Below are positions 46,060 to 58,930 of a DNA stretch of 64,000 bases, one piece after another. Position 1 is the first letter of the stretch; the number at the start of each line of letters is the position of its first letter. The notes under the pieces are model-generated. The model was not told where the DNA came from and searched no databases. It saw only the letters and a program-made list of their open reading frames with translations. The translations under genes and the position numbers were made by a program. The stretch is from Neoechinorhynchus agilis. Taxonomy: Eukaryota > Animalia > Acanthocephala. Location of the stretch: positions 6,488,784 through 6,552,783 of the forward strand of contig CM121341.1 of the NCBI GenBank assembly GCA_051530055.1, given 5' to 3'.

Positions 46060-48772
46060 CGAGTAAAAACAAACCGGAATAAAATCATATAAGTGGAAAT
46101 CCTGGCAAATATTGTTTTATTTTTTAAATGCTCACTCATAAAGAAATAATTCTGAAAAGCATTAGTAAACTTTATCGCTACATTATACAAAATGCTTAAA
46201 TTAATCCAACGGTCGGAGATTGTAAATGGTAAAAGTATACGAATGCATCAATGTACTCTTTTGAGACCTGGACATTCTTTTCAGCCTATTTTTTCAATAT
46301 TTAGAACAGGTTAAGCAAAATTTGTGGATAATATAGCATTCCCAAATTATGTTTCTCTCTCAATTGAATTGAGCTCGAAAAGGTGCACGTATGAATTAGT
46401 GTTCATCGATCAAGAAAATGTCGCAGAATGAGTCGGTTTAAGTACAGCTCAAAATATTACTCGGGAAGGAACAATTTTAAAAAGATTGATTGATCTTGTA
46501 AGACATTTCAGAGCTGCTTTCTTGGCATCATTCCATTGACATTTGATATCATCCACCTGTGATCTGTGTTACTCTGTCAAAGATCTTTGTGATTCATCTA
46601 ATTTCCGCTTTTTTTCCTTAAAACAGTCGCAAAATCAAGTTCACCATTACTAAGTGGAAGGTAAGAGATCTTCTTTAAAGATAATTCGTCAATAGGTCTA
46701 CTAGATGTAACATTCTTTTCCTATCGCATTGGAATATTGAGATGTCCAAATGCGAAAACCCCGCCGTTTAATGTCCTATTAATGTCAATTAAAATCGATG
46801 GCATAAATCATAATCAACAGAAACAAGAACGAATACCTTCCCGAGCCAAAAAACCCCACATTGAACCGCCTTTAAAGTGGCCCTCGGAAAAAAGATTTTT
46901 GTAATTACCGATTACTATTTTCACAGAATAAGAACTTGGACTTCAAAATATATATAAATTCCGCTTTAAATAAGCAAAAACTATTTCGTGTGGCGCTTCA
47001 GAGACGCTCCTTTTAGAGAAGGTTTTCCCCAGCATTCCGCAGAAAAATGGATGCTCACACTTCAATGGATTAGTGTACAAAAGTATTATTACCAGTTCAC
47101 CAGTCTCATAAAGATAAAATACGGAAATTCCGTACCACATTCCGGATCCGGGAGGCAAGACAAAATAAGTTTGACTTGCAAGACCCCAGGGACATATTCA
47201 CGTAAAGTAGACATTAAATAAAGTCTGGTTAACGTCTATATAGAAGATAGAGTTCTTAGCGGTCTTATCACTAATTTATTGAGTTTCCTCATAGGAAAAT
47301 AACAGCGGTGAGACAGGGGATTTGTTGTCTCAGAGATATTCTGATCAATTGCATTGCTATCGTTGCCAAAAGCCGTAGAGAAACTTAACACGAGGCGCTC
47401 TTGTTTCCAAGGGAGGTCGCCGTCAAAAGGCGAGCGAGAGGACCATGTCAATGGAAACGGTAAGGCGAATTTACCATTTTGCCATCCAAAACGCAATTAA
47501 GATGTTTTTATTATTTATCGATATTTCATAACGATCTGAACTGCTCGAGGTGAGCGGTTATTTATGAAGCATCGATGTAGACGACGATGCAGTCGATGAG
47601 GGTGAGTATTTGGGTTCCCTTAACGTACCAATGATTGATGAAGCGGGTGGCGTGATTGATTGGACATCGGATGTCGTTCGTTTACGAGACATCGCAGTGG
47701 CAATAGAAAATATATTGTTTAAAATCAAAGTGGACAGATACTATAAATGTCGACCCAATTCAATTAAGGAAATGTCTTACTTGCAAATTAATGAAGAAAA
47801 GAGTTTGCTGAAAAGACTACTGACCGGATTTGAAGGCCTTTATGGACGACCGCGGTCGCCAAGGTCCATTCGAGTTGTTAGAAGGGTGTACGACAGGTAC
47901 GGCGAGCTTAAGTTTAGTTCCCATCGTAAGCGTTATGGAGGTACAGCAGATAAAATGGAACGAACCAGAATGAGAGTAAAGAGATGAGAAGCGTCCAAAA
48001 CGCGAACAGTTCGATTTGTAACAAAAATAAATAACAGATTTCAAACGAAATACAGTAGAACGCTTTTTGCAACCTGACGTTCAAGTGGAGGATGGTAAAC
48101 GGCCACCCAATGAATTGAATAGGTTCACTTATCCTCGGTTCAGAGATTGCTCTCTCCTTTGGTCAGATACAGAAACTCAACTCCTGGAAAAGGAGGTACA
48201 ACTAAAATGACCTCCTTCTTAGTCGACATCTTCAAACGTAAATCGGAAGGCATATTTAGCCTATCCAATTAAATTATGGCCACCGGTCATGCCTAAACAA
48301 TCAATGTATGATCAAAGGGTTGCCCCGTGGGCTTTTTCATTCAAAAATGACGGCACAAAAAAGAATGAATCGTTTCATGGATTATTATCTTCGGGGAGGG
48401 GAAGATACTTTCTTTTGGTAGTTTTGCCAACCCCCCAGATTTAAGTTTACCAATTTATTTCCTCGATATTTCGCTCCTCGGATAATTCCGACATTATCTC
48501 AAGGGTTAAGCGTTATGGAGGTACAGCAGATAAAATGGAACGAACCAGAATGAGAGTAAAGAAATGAGAAGCGTCCAAAGCGCGGGTCTAAACGTAAAGT
48601 CATAAGTCTGCTCGGTCAAGACAACGCGCAAAAAAAGCAGTTTAAAACATTCTTCGAATCAAGAATGTGTTCTCGTTGAGTTGCCATAACGACATCAATT
48701 TAAGACGCAAAAGTCTTCATATAATAGAGAAATTATTAGGAAAGATCGAAGCTATCATACAACCTAATCATC

Positions 48773-49183
48773 ATGAAGCTATCAACCATCACATTTGGTA
48801 TGTTTACTGTATTATCGCTTCAATTGGTTTGGGGATCAGAAACCAAAGACGTCGCCAGCAGCAGTGAGTCGTCAGAAGAGACTGCGACCGTTCTTCAGAC
48901 ACAAAAGCGTCCAAAGAGAGGCGCCTCAAAAGGTTATTCGTTGGCGCCCAAGTCGAAGAAACTCTACAATAAAGTGAAGGTAGATGGCCCAAAGAAGGAC
49001 AATGGAATAAAAGAAGGATCAATACCAAAGAGCAGTCGATCATTGGACCGTCAGCGACGTGCTGCAGCTGATCTTAAACTCTCACAGCAACACGCCCTTA
49101 TTGATAAAGATTTGATCGATGATATCAAGAAAAAAATTAAAGGTAAGTGGGAAGATTTCAAGCAACTGGTAAGCAAATCTTAA
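48773..49183 (+). CDS. Secreted prepropeptide, family member 3 (136 aa)
   Basis: Same architecture as member 1. Confidence 0.8.
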   Translation: MKLSTITFGMFTVLSLQLVWGSETKDVASSSESSEETATVLQTQKRPKRGASKGYSLAPKSKKLYNKVKVDGPKKDNGIKEGSIPKSSRSLDRQRRAAADLKLSQQHALIDKDLIDDIKKKIKGKWEDFKQLVSKS

Positions 49184-49236
49184 AGTTGATCGCTTTACAT
49201 TTAATAAATTATAACGTTCTAATTAATGTGCAGTTG

Positions 49237-49883
49237 CTAGCGCGGGGTAATAAAGTCCGGAAACAGTTGAAATTGAATGTCTTTTTTCCTCAACTCCTTC
49301 ATTGCACAGTGAATGTCGAGTTCGATTGCTTTTATTAGTTCTTGGGTGCTGGCAAAGATCCTCATCGGTCGAATGTAGCCACAGACGAGAACTCTCAATC
49401 GATGGCCATAAAAGTCATTGGAAAATACATGAAGAATGTGAACCTCCTTTTAAAAGAGAAGATAAAATGCGGGAATCTAATAGCGAATACTAACGAGAGA
49501 TTTTACACGATTTTTAAACTGCGGATTGTATCCAACGCTCATAACCATTGGATAAATATTACCGCGTTCAACGCGAGCGTAACCGTAATAGACTCCGTCC
49601 TCGAAACTATCCGGTAGTCCCTGGACACATTCATCGTCTAAATTGGCTGAGGAAAACCGTAAATGGGTTGCGTGATGGCAATACAATATAGTTATTTATG
49701 CAGTTCATTTTTTAAATAGGATTCCGATATCAAAGCATTAAATGACCATTCTCAAATTCTAATTTTTCATTGGTAATTTCGAACAAATCACCTTTGTCTG
49801 GACATACCAGTTGGAAATCCGAGATGCCGGCTTCCTCGCTTATATCCAGAAACGACTATTCCGGAAGTGTAAAGAGGATTCAT
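49237..49883 (-). CDS. RFK: Riboflavin kinase; complement(join(49237..49446,49495..49646,49808..49883))
   Basis: GIVVSGYKRGSRHLGFPTAN, GVYYGYA, MVMSVGYNPQF and EVHIL...FYG...GYIRP, joined by two GT-AG introns. Confidence 0.92.
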
Positions 49884-49919
49884 CTAAAAACGAGAATTCC
49901 GAAAAGGCACAATATTAAT

Positions 49920-50872
49920 TCAAAGCGGTTTATATTTCTTCTTAAGATTAAATTCATCCCACAAATCATGCTCTTCACATAGCTTTATATGGCATTTCAG
50001 ATTTGCCGAGGTAAGATCGTTGATCTAAAGTGAAAATGTAGATGAAGAACATTGATTTAACACCGACAACCTTTATTTTAACAACGAAATCTCTAATTCC
50101 CGATTTATTCGAAATGTCTTGATCGAGCAGACTTATGGCTTCACGTTTACACTTAATGTCCGTCTGTAAAGTCATTTAAGATTCAAAAGTTTATTGTTAT
50201 AATCACCCCCGAAATATGCATCGAAGGACGCCGAAATTAAATTTAAGAGCAGAAATACCTCTGTCCTTAGAGCCATCTCGATGGATTCTTCGTCAACAGA
50301 CCAGTTCTCAATTTTTGGAACCAGCACAGCTAAATCCATCGCTTCCAATAGCTTCTTCATTTTCAGTGCATAGGCGGATACCTAAAAAGGTGGTGAAAAG
50401 TTCAAATTTTAAGCAGTTTGTTGTATCACCTTTGCAAGTCCAACAAGAAGTTTCCTCTCCTCTTCAAACTTCTTCATATTTTCCTCGGTTTTATAGTCGG
50501 CCAATTCAGATGGCCAGAGGTAGTAATAGAATAGTTCCCGAGAAACGGAAACAACTTCCCCTTTGTGACCAATACCTTCGAGATACTCCGTTAAAATCAC
50601 TTCAATGTCGCCCCACGGAGCATCATCCTCATGCTCCACAACCCGATAGACATAGCTGTCCCGATCAAGGTCAATTTCTCGATCGGGATCGTTTTTGGGA
50701 ACAGGGGCAGCAAAGGGTCTATTTATTCTTTCAAAAACGTATGCGGTCTATAGAAATCGAGGTTTATTGTAGGAAAGAAAAACAAGAAACCTACCCTTCG
50801 AACGCTTAGACTTTTACCCAACCTTTGAGTGTTTCGTCCAAGTACCTGATTAAGAAACAGGCGGAAAAACAT
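49920..50872 (-). CDS. MRPL9: Mitochondrial ribosomal protein L9 (5 exons)
   Basis: Presequence-like N-terminus and IEVILTEYLEGIGHKGEVVSV...LADYKTEENMKKFEEE (L9 N-domain). Four GT-AG introns keep the frame. Confidence 0.8.
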
Positions 50873-51489
50873 TGTGCAATGCTTTATTTGTCGATTGTAA
50901 AAAACCAGATCGGGATCCACGCGAAAGAATCGCCTTGACTGCTTTTGTTTTCCTATTTGTACAAAGGTTCTCAAAATATCGGTAGAATGAGGTTTATTGA
51001 TTCGAACAGGTGATTGATTGCTTATCTACGTTGCTGCAATTAATATTTGTTGATTGAATCTCAAGTTTAGTTTTTTAACGGGTGAAAGTCCCCAATTCGC
51101 AAAATCTGAGCGGTTTAGACGGCGGTTTAGGAATCGAATTTGCTGATTCTGATAATTGCTTAAAAAACTAGTGAGCTATTAAGCCGCTTCTGACCACGGT
51201 TTTTGATCGGCAAATATCTCATTGTTTATTGTCTCTCAAGTTCTTGAACAATACAACATTAGTCAAATGAAAACAAACAGTTTGATTTCAAACTATTAAA
51301 TACGTATTTGATTTTTAAACAGCACCGATCATGGTCTGCCCGCAATTGGTACTATGCTTAATATTTGATCGATTATTATGGTGATTCGAACAGGTTCCAT
51401 CACTCATCCAAAGTTTACAAATAGTTTTCATGCGGGGTCGGCTACTTTTGACAATGTCCGTCATTTTATTCGATCACTGCCTTCGTCCG

Positions 51490-52760
51490 TATTAAGTCAA
51501 GTCGTTCGAGGATCGCTTCGAATGGTATCGAGCCAGCGTTGTTTTGGTCGACCTTGGGCTCGTTTGCCTTTCACCTCGATTTCGAGACGACCATACCAGC
51601 GGATTCGGCATTCTCTGAGTTTGTCGACGATCGGCGCAACACCATAGCGAAGTCCGATGTCGCCATTTCGGACGTGATCCAGGCGAGTGTGTCCACTAGT
51701 CCAGCGTAACATCTTCGATTCCATGCTGGTCAATCTTTTTTCAGCGGCCTTCATAATCGACCAACATTCGGCGCCGTACAGCGCGACTGGTCGGACTACT
51801 GTTCTGTAAATCACTGACTTGGATGCGTCCTTTAATTTTCGATCACATTGGACACCCGTTGCCGTCCTCCTCTTCCACTTCAGCCACGTTGCATTGATTC
51901 GTTCATTGATTTCTGTTTTCTACTCACCGTCGGACGAGATCGTTGATCCGAAGTAACGGAATTTTTCGCAACGTGGCAAATCAGTGTCGCGAATTAGAGC
52001 CGGTTTCGTTTGCCTGGGTTGTTAAATACATTGACTTGCCAAGATTTAGACGCAATCTGTGCTTTGAGAGTTTATCGTGCCATTTCTGTACCAATTTTTC
52101 GAGATCATCTTTATCCTCTGAAGACAGGAAGACGTCGTCGGCATAAAGGATTGTGAATGGGGTAGGACCCGCTGTATGCCTTGGCTGATTGTGTCCATGA
52201 CAAGTATAAATAATAAGGGGGAAATCGCGCTTCCCTGATGAACGCCAACCGAGATCTTGAAAGCATTTAATATCCCCGCGCAGCATTTATTACTCTGCTC
52301 CTAGAATCTGTATATAGCAGTTTCATGCACTTTACGGGCCTATCTGGAACTCTATAGTTGCGTAGCGCGTGCCAGATGAGTTTATGCGGTACGCGGTCGA
52401 ACGCTTTTTCGAGGTCGAGGAAGGCTGCGTGGATCGGTAGGTTTCTATCACGATATTTCTCAAAGAAAAGTCACACGAAACCTGTTTGATTGGCGCTGAT
52501 TTCAACAATATTACTGATGCGCGCTTCGATAATTCGTTCATAGATTTTCATAGTGTGGGATATTGTTCGGATCGGTCGGTGATTTTTGCATTCGGCCGGA
52601 TTCCCCTTCCTTTTCCATATAGTTACTGTCGTGCTAATTTGCCACTCACTCGGAGATCTTTCGACCTCTATCACTTTATTGAAAAAGGCTGCAAGCCTAG
52701 CCAACAAATCTGCGTTTTTCAGATCTGAATTTGAAAACAAACACGAATCCAAAGGGGTAG
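51490..52760 (-). mobile_element. RTE-1 LINE fragment (RT and C-terminus)
   Basis: NHRPIRTISHTMKIYERII, PFTILYADDV, YRTVVRPVALYGAECW and GRPKQRWLD. Confidence 0.88.
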
Positions 52761-52904
52761 ATGTGTTGATACTGACGTTCCTTTTGGGAATGATCTCTCA
52801 CGGTGGCATTTGGCTGTGCTGAAAGCTATTTAAACCAAAAGTTGAGGGTAAACCTGCCAACAATCGAAGCCTCCTTCTTAAACTAGATGAAATTTCACGC
52901 CACT

Positions 52905-53760
52905 CTTCCCAGATACCCTCCCCTTCCATACGGACCGCGAGGACCGTCCAGGACGGGGTCTCAATTTACGTACGACAATCACTACCATAATCTTTATCTC
53001 TTATAAGCTCTCTACAAAACCCGATCTAGAATTCATCGCAGTCCATTTCATAGCTCCTCTGAGAAACGGCCTTAGAGAATCCACAATTGCTGGCGTCTAT
53101 CGCCCTCCTGCCTCTCGTCCTGAGTCCTCTTTGCGCCAACTTGATTCCATGTTGCTCCGCAAATTCATACCATTTCTTAATTGCAGGGCACTTCAATAAA
53201 CTGTTTTTTCTCTCACCTTTCTCTGAGTTTCGTCAACTAATTGGACGCACAAAGTGTTGACCAATAGCGGCGCCTACTCATCCGCATCAAAACTACGCCC
53301 CTCCGCAAACTCTTAGCACTCTTCGGACCTCATCACTTCCTCCACCTCACCTCAGCGTTTAAAATCAATTCGTTTACCCGTCTGGGATAAAGAAGATCAT
53401 AACATTTACAATTGTATTAAATTGTTCAATTCTATGATTCACACCATCCACTATGGCAACACAAATTACTCTTCCTTAGCCATGTCCTCGCCAATTTCAA
53501 ACAAAAAATTCCCTAGCTTCGGCAATTCCCAAGAAATTCATTAGAATACCGCCTTCAAAATCATCCACCTACTGTCCACCGCAATCAATCTCCAGACTCT
53601 CCCCGTTTACAAAAGGCACTTACTAACAGAATACTTGTTGCCCGCAAAAACTTCCTTGCCTCTAAATTCGTTCAGGTGGCAATTCAACATGGTGGCGGGC
53701 CGTCAACAACTCGCTTGTCTATGCAACCGTTATCCTTCCCAAATTTGCCCTCTTCTGAAC
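52905..53760 (+). mobile_element. Second copy of the CR1/L2-group APE fragment
   Basis: About 52915-53476 is near-identical to about 27385-27940. Confidence 0.85.
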
Positions 53761-53799
53761 TGAAACATGTCGTAGGCCCTTTCAATAAGAACCTCTGCC

Positions 53800-55880
53800 G
53801 CGACTCTAATTTCAATCATGAATTTCGACTGGATTTATTGGAAGTGACAAGGGCTAGGGAGGGTCAATGCGTGATAACCGACGATTTCAACGGACACGTG
53901 GGGCCAAGAGATGGATACGAGTGAATTCATGGAGGACACAGTGTAGGATCAAGGAACGCCGAGGGTGTAAGACTATTGGATTACGCAGCAGCGTTGGAGT
54001 TGCGTATTTCCAATACTTCAAAAGTGAAAATGGTACTCACCCAGAAATTGAGCGAGAATGTGGCTGAACTCGAACGCTGGTGGAATGGTTCAGCCGAATC
54101 GATTCGTATTGAAGCAAAGAGCATGCTAGGAATGACATCGGGAAAACCTCCACACCAAAACAAAGAGGCATGGTGGTGGAATCCAGCCGTCAAGGACGCA
54201 ATCACTGTGAAAAAGTCAGCCAGGAAAAGATTGGATTTTGACGCTTCGGCCTCGAATGCAGACGTTTACAAAAAGGCAAAAAGGAAGGCCGCACGAGAAT
54301 GCGCCAAAGCCAAGAAGGAAGCTGATAACGGCCTGTTCTAACAATTGCAGCGAGGGAGTTGTAGAGATATGGTCTTCAGGTTGGCCAAAGTCAGTGTTAA
54401 AAAAATCGCGGGATATCGTGCACCTCAAAATGGTCAGTGATAGTCACGGAAAGACGCTGGACCAATGCAAGGACATTTTGGATAGGTGGAAGGAATATTT
54501 CAGCACTCTGCTGAACACTGAGAATGACAGACTGCCTCTAGAGAGCGTACACCCGAATGTCAATATGACGAGGCCGTACTCGTACGATGAGGTGGCTGCA
54601 CAGCTCAAAAAAATGAAGACTGGTAAGAGCGCCTTTCCAGATAACATTCCGATCGAGCTGTGGCAATCAATGGGGGTCTTGGGAATAAAGTTGTTCATGG
54701 GGCTCTTTCGGAAGATAGATTTGGAGGAAAAGATCCCGTCGGAATGACAGGGAAGCATATTGATACTGATGTTCAAAGGCAAAGAAGATGTTCTGCAGTG
54801 TAGGAGCTACCGCGGCATCAAACTCATGTCTCACACAATGAAACTGTGGGAACGAATGATCGATCACAGGATTAGAGAGGAGATCCAAATCAGCCAGGAA
54901 CAACGAGGATTCATGCCCGGCAGAAGCACAATCGACGCAATATTCGTGCTAAGGCAGCTGTATGAGAGCTTCAGTAAGATGCAGTGCCGTTGCACATTGT
55001 GTTCGACGATTTGGAAGGGGCGTACGACACGGTCTCTCGAGATCTGGTGTGGGCATGACTCAGGAAAAGGCATTGTCCCGAACACTACACGCCGCGATCC
55101 AAGCGATGTATCGAGAATGCTACACCAGCATGCGATGCCACAGCGGAATGACCGACTAGTCTCCGTGGGTCTGCAACAGGGTTCGGCCCTGAGCCCTTTC
55201 TTGTTCACGATCGTGATAGACGTCCTAGGAAATGCGGAAAGAGAAATGAATCCACCATGGACGATACTATTCGCGGACGATTTGATGCTCACAGCTAGGG
55301 ACGTGGACACGCTCAAGAATTTGCTGGAGAACAGCGATTAGAAAGCAAAGGATTGAGAGTGAACAGGTGCTAAACGAAATACATGGGGCCGGGTAACCTC
55401 GATATGCAAGGAACTCTGATCGAAAAGATGAACACCTTCAAACATTTTGGCAGCATGTTGAACATGCAATGTGAGCTCGCACCAGAGATCGGACAAAGAG
55501 TTCAATGCAGGTGGAACAACTGGAGGAAGACAACAGGCATCCTTTGTGATAAGCGTCTTTCGAACAAGCTCAAAAGGGAGGATGTACAAGGCAGTTGTGC
55601 GACCCGCCATGCTCTACGGAGCAGAGACGTGAGCTATGAAGGAAGACGTTCAACGATTAGCCGTCAACGAAATGCGGATGCTGAGATGGTCCGCAGGGTT
55701 GAAACGCAAGGATCGAGTGTCCAACGAGGAGGTGCGAAAGCTGCTTGCTGTCGAGCCGATCGAGGAGGCAATCGCTAAGAGGCGGATGCGATCGTATCTG
55801 CAGGTGACACAAGCAGATGGAGAAGTTTGGGTGAAGAGCGCATGGAGAATCGAGCTCGATGGGGGGAGGACAGTGTGAGC
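53800..55880 (+). mobile_element. RTE-1 LINE relic (APE C-part, RT, C-terminus)
   Basis: DFNGHVG, SYRGIKLMSHTMKLWER, QRGFMPGRST, GLQQGSALSPFLF, WTILFADDL and EMRMLRWSAG. Confidence 0.88.
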
Positions 55881-56049
55881 GGAGACCTCAAGACGCTCGG
55901 AAAGGCAAAGAACAAAGACGAAAGCCGGCAATGCTGAAAAGAACAACCTCTCAAGTGAGAGAAGGGTTCAAAGAAATGTTGGTGTTTACAGGAGCGATTG
56001 TGAGGTTGGTCTTTCCTTAGGTTCATTTTCGGATCATGATACCCGAGAA

Positions 56050-56640
56050 GATCGGGCAGTATTGAAAAAGTAGCTAGATATGGGAAGGTGCGAGGTCAAG
56101 CTAGGATGAAACGAACTGGAATTACGAGTGTTGGGCTCGTGTGAAAAAGTGAATAAAAGGTTGTAAAAATTGTGGCGGAAAAGTTGATAGGTGTTTTGTT
56201 TGTTTGACGAAAGTTTTATAAAGGCATTCGGTGAGAGTAGGAAAATCTGCTGTGCAAATTTTAGATTCTCTTCGATGAAACATTGCGGGCGAAGGGATTC
56301 TTAAATGGCGGAGACTTTGAGTAGGTAAATTTTAAAAGTATTACGTTTAAGGGAAAATGTAATGTGCGAGTTCCATTTCAGATTTGACTGAAATTGGAGA
56401 CCAAGAATTCTGTAGGAGGTGACTCGTTGTTTATCGTTTTGAATCTCCGGGTAGGATATGGGGTTGCAGGAGATTGTGGGGATTATTTCGAAGCATTTAG
56501 AGAAATTCAGGTAGAGTTTGTGATTCGTGCAGAATTCTTTGATGCGGGTGATTTCGTTAGATTTTAAGTAGAGGGAGAGATGGGGGTGATATCGTCGCCA
56601 TATAAGAAAAGCATAGAGTGACAGGAGAGAGGTTTAAGGA
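56050..56640 (-). mobile_element. Degenerate CR1/L2-group RT C-terminal fragment
   Basis: LFLYGDDI, LYLNFSKC and KILGVQFQSNLKWNSHI read across broken frames. Confidence 0.55.
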
Positions 56641-56970
56641 GGTTTAGGAAAATATTAAAAAGGATTGGTGACCGCACAACAACATGATGCACTCATCATT
56701 GGATTTCCTCCGTTATGCTGTATTTCTTCCCCTTTTGCTGTACGTCTTCGGCTATAAGGGATTCTAACGCTTTGATCCAAACTGGAATTGGGATCTCTTG
56801 TTCGCTGGACCACCTCGGTACAACTACGGATGTTCAAACTTTCCCTACTTTTGCCTAACGGAGATGTGTTCTCGGTGAATTGCCATAACGACATCAATTT
56901 AAGACGCAAAAGTCTTCATATAATAGAGAAATTATTAAGAAAGTCGAAGCCTTCATACAACCTCATCATC

Positions 56971-57366
56971 ATGAAGCTATCAACCATCACATTTGGGATA
57001 TTTACTGTATTATCGCTTCAATTGGTTTGGGGATCAGAAACCAAAGACGTCGCCAGCAGCAGTGAGTCGTCAGAAGAGACCGCGACCGTTCTTCAGACAC
57101 AAAAGCGTCCAAAGAGGGGTTCTAAAGGTTATTCAATGGAACTTGAGGTGAAGAAGCCCGACCCAAAATTGGTAAGCGACGCCAAGGCCAAGATCAAAGA
57201 TGCTTATAAGAAGGTAGCTGGTATATTTAAAAATAAGGACGACGGAATAAAAGAAGGATCAATCACAAAGAGCAAACGATCACGGCAGCGTCGTCAACAT
57301 TCTCCAAGTGATCATAATCCCCCAGGATTACCATACGTCCCTTACGAACCACTTTTCTTTGGATAA
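56971..57366 (+). CDS. Secreted prepropeptide, family member 4 (131 aa) with a Pro-rich Gly-extended C-terminal peptide
   Basis: The true start is MKLST at 56971 within ORF 56788-57366. It has the member-2-type central module and ends RQRR-QHSPSDHNPPGLPYVPYEPLFFG. Confidence 0.78.
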   Translation: MKLSTITFGIFTVLSLQLVWGSETKDVASSSESSEETATVLQTQKRPKRGSKGYSMELEVKKPDPKLVSDAKAKIKDAYKKVAGIFKNKDDGIKEGSITKSKRSRQRRQHSPSDHNPPGLPYVPYEPLFFG

Positions 57367-57434
57367 AAAAGTTTTAAGCGCTAATATTTCTCGGATTGGG
57401 CGCTTATTGTAAATTCATGATTTTTGTAAAGCGA

Positions 57435-57698
57435 AATCCGGAAACAGTTGAAATTGAATGTCTTTTTTCCTCAACTCCTTCATTGCACAGTGAATGTCGA
57501 GTTCGATTGCTTTTATTAGTTCTTGGGTGCTGGCAAAGATCCTCATCGGTCGAATGTAGCCACAGACGAGAACTCTCAATCGATGGCCATAAAAGTCATT
57601 GGAAAATACATGAAGAATGTGAACCTCCTTTTAAAAGAGAAGATAAAATGCGGGAATCTAATAGCAAATACTCACGAGAGATTTTACACGATTTTTAA
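57435..57698 (-). pseudogene. RFK: RFK exon 3 fragment
   Basis: Matches about 49255-49516; 5' exons are absent. Confidence 0.8.
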
Positions 57699-57729
57699 AG
57701 ACCACCAACCTTTGTCATTTTTTTCAAAT

Positions 57730-58930
57730 TCAGAACGACATTTAATAAATACTTCATTTTGATTCACTAAAATATTTTTTTGTCCGGGACACCACATCTC
57801 CTAGGCCCCCTAAGGATTTTCTCTTAATTTTTCGCGAATTCGCTCAGAGCCGTCGAAAATCGATTTGTTGCTTCTTTCGTTCGTCGACGTTTAAACAATT
57901 TTGTAAATTTGGTCTTTAAATCTGAATTCAAAAATCAGTGATTCCAACTGTTCGCCGGTTATGATTGTTAGTTGGATTATTTTATAAAATTTGGAATATT
58001 AAAACGAAATCGGCTACATTTTTGTATTCGTTATCTCGACAATTCAACTGCTTTCGGAGCGTCATTTAATAAATATTTCATTCACTAAAATATTTTTTTG
58101 TCCGGGACACCACATCTCCTAGGCTTCCTAAGGATTTTCTCTTAATTTTTCGCGAATTCGCTCAGAGCCGTCGAAAATCGATTTGTTGCTTCTTTCGTTC
58201 GTCGACGTTTAAACAATTTTGTAAATTTGGTCTTTAAATCTGAATTCAAAAATCAGTGCTTCCAACGGTTCGCCGTTTATGATTGTTAGTTGGATTATTT
58301 TATAAAATTTGGAATATTAAAACGAAATCGGCTACATTTTTGTATTCGTTATCTCGACAATTCAACCGCTTTCGGAACGTCATTTAATAAATATTTCATT
58401 CACTAAAATATTTTTTGTCCGGGACACCACATCTCCTAGGCTTCCTAAGGATTTTCTCTTAATTTTTCGCGATTCGCTCAGAGCCGTGAAAATCGATTTG
58501 TTGCTTCTTTCGTTCGTCGACGTTTAAACAATTTGTAAATTTGGTCTTTAAATCTGATTCAAAATCAGTGTTCCAACGGGAATATTAAAACGAAATCGGC
58601 TACATTTTTGTATTCGTTATCTCGACAATTCAACTGCTTTCGGAGCTCATTTAATAAATATTTCATTCACTAAAATATTTTTTGTCTCGGACACCACATC
58701 TCCTAGGCTTCCTAAGGATTTTCTCTTAATTTTTCGCGAATTCGCTCAGAGCCGTCGAAAATCGATTTGTTGCTTCTTTCGTTCGTCGACGTTTAAACAA
58801 TTTTGTAAATTTGGTCTTTAAATCTGAATTCAAAAATCAGTGCTTCCAACGGTTCGCCTTTTATGATTGTTAGTTGGATTATTTTATAAAATTTGGAATA
58901 TTAAAACGAAATCGGCTACATTTTTGTATT
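57730..58930. repeat. Tandem array of ~320-bp units (about 4 copies, third internally deleted)
   Basis: Recurrent CATTTAATAAATA...GTCCGGGACACCACATCTCCTAGG...AAATCGGCTACATTTTTGTATTC. Confidence 0.92.

Noticed and set aside
46100-48600. ORFs at 47236-47496 and 47610-47987 and a 75-bp direct repeat (about 47927 and 48507)
   Set aside because: No recognisable motifs or consistent splice model; probably decayed TE or unknown sequence.
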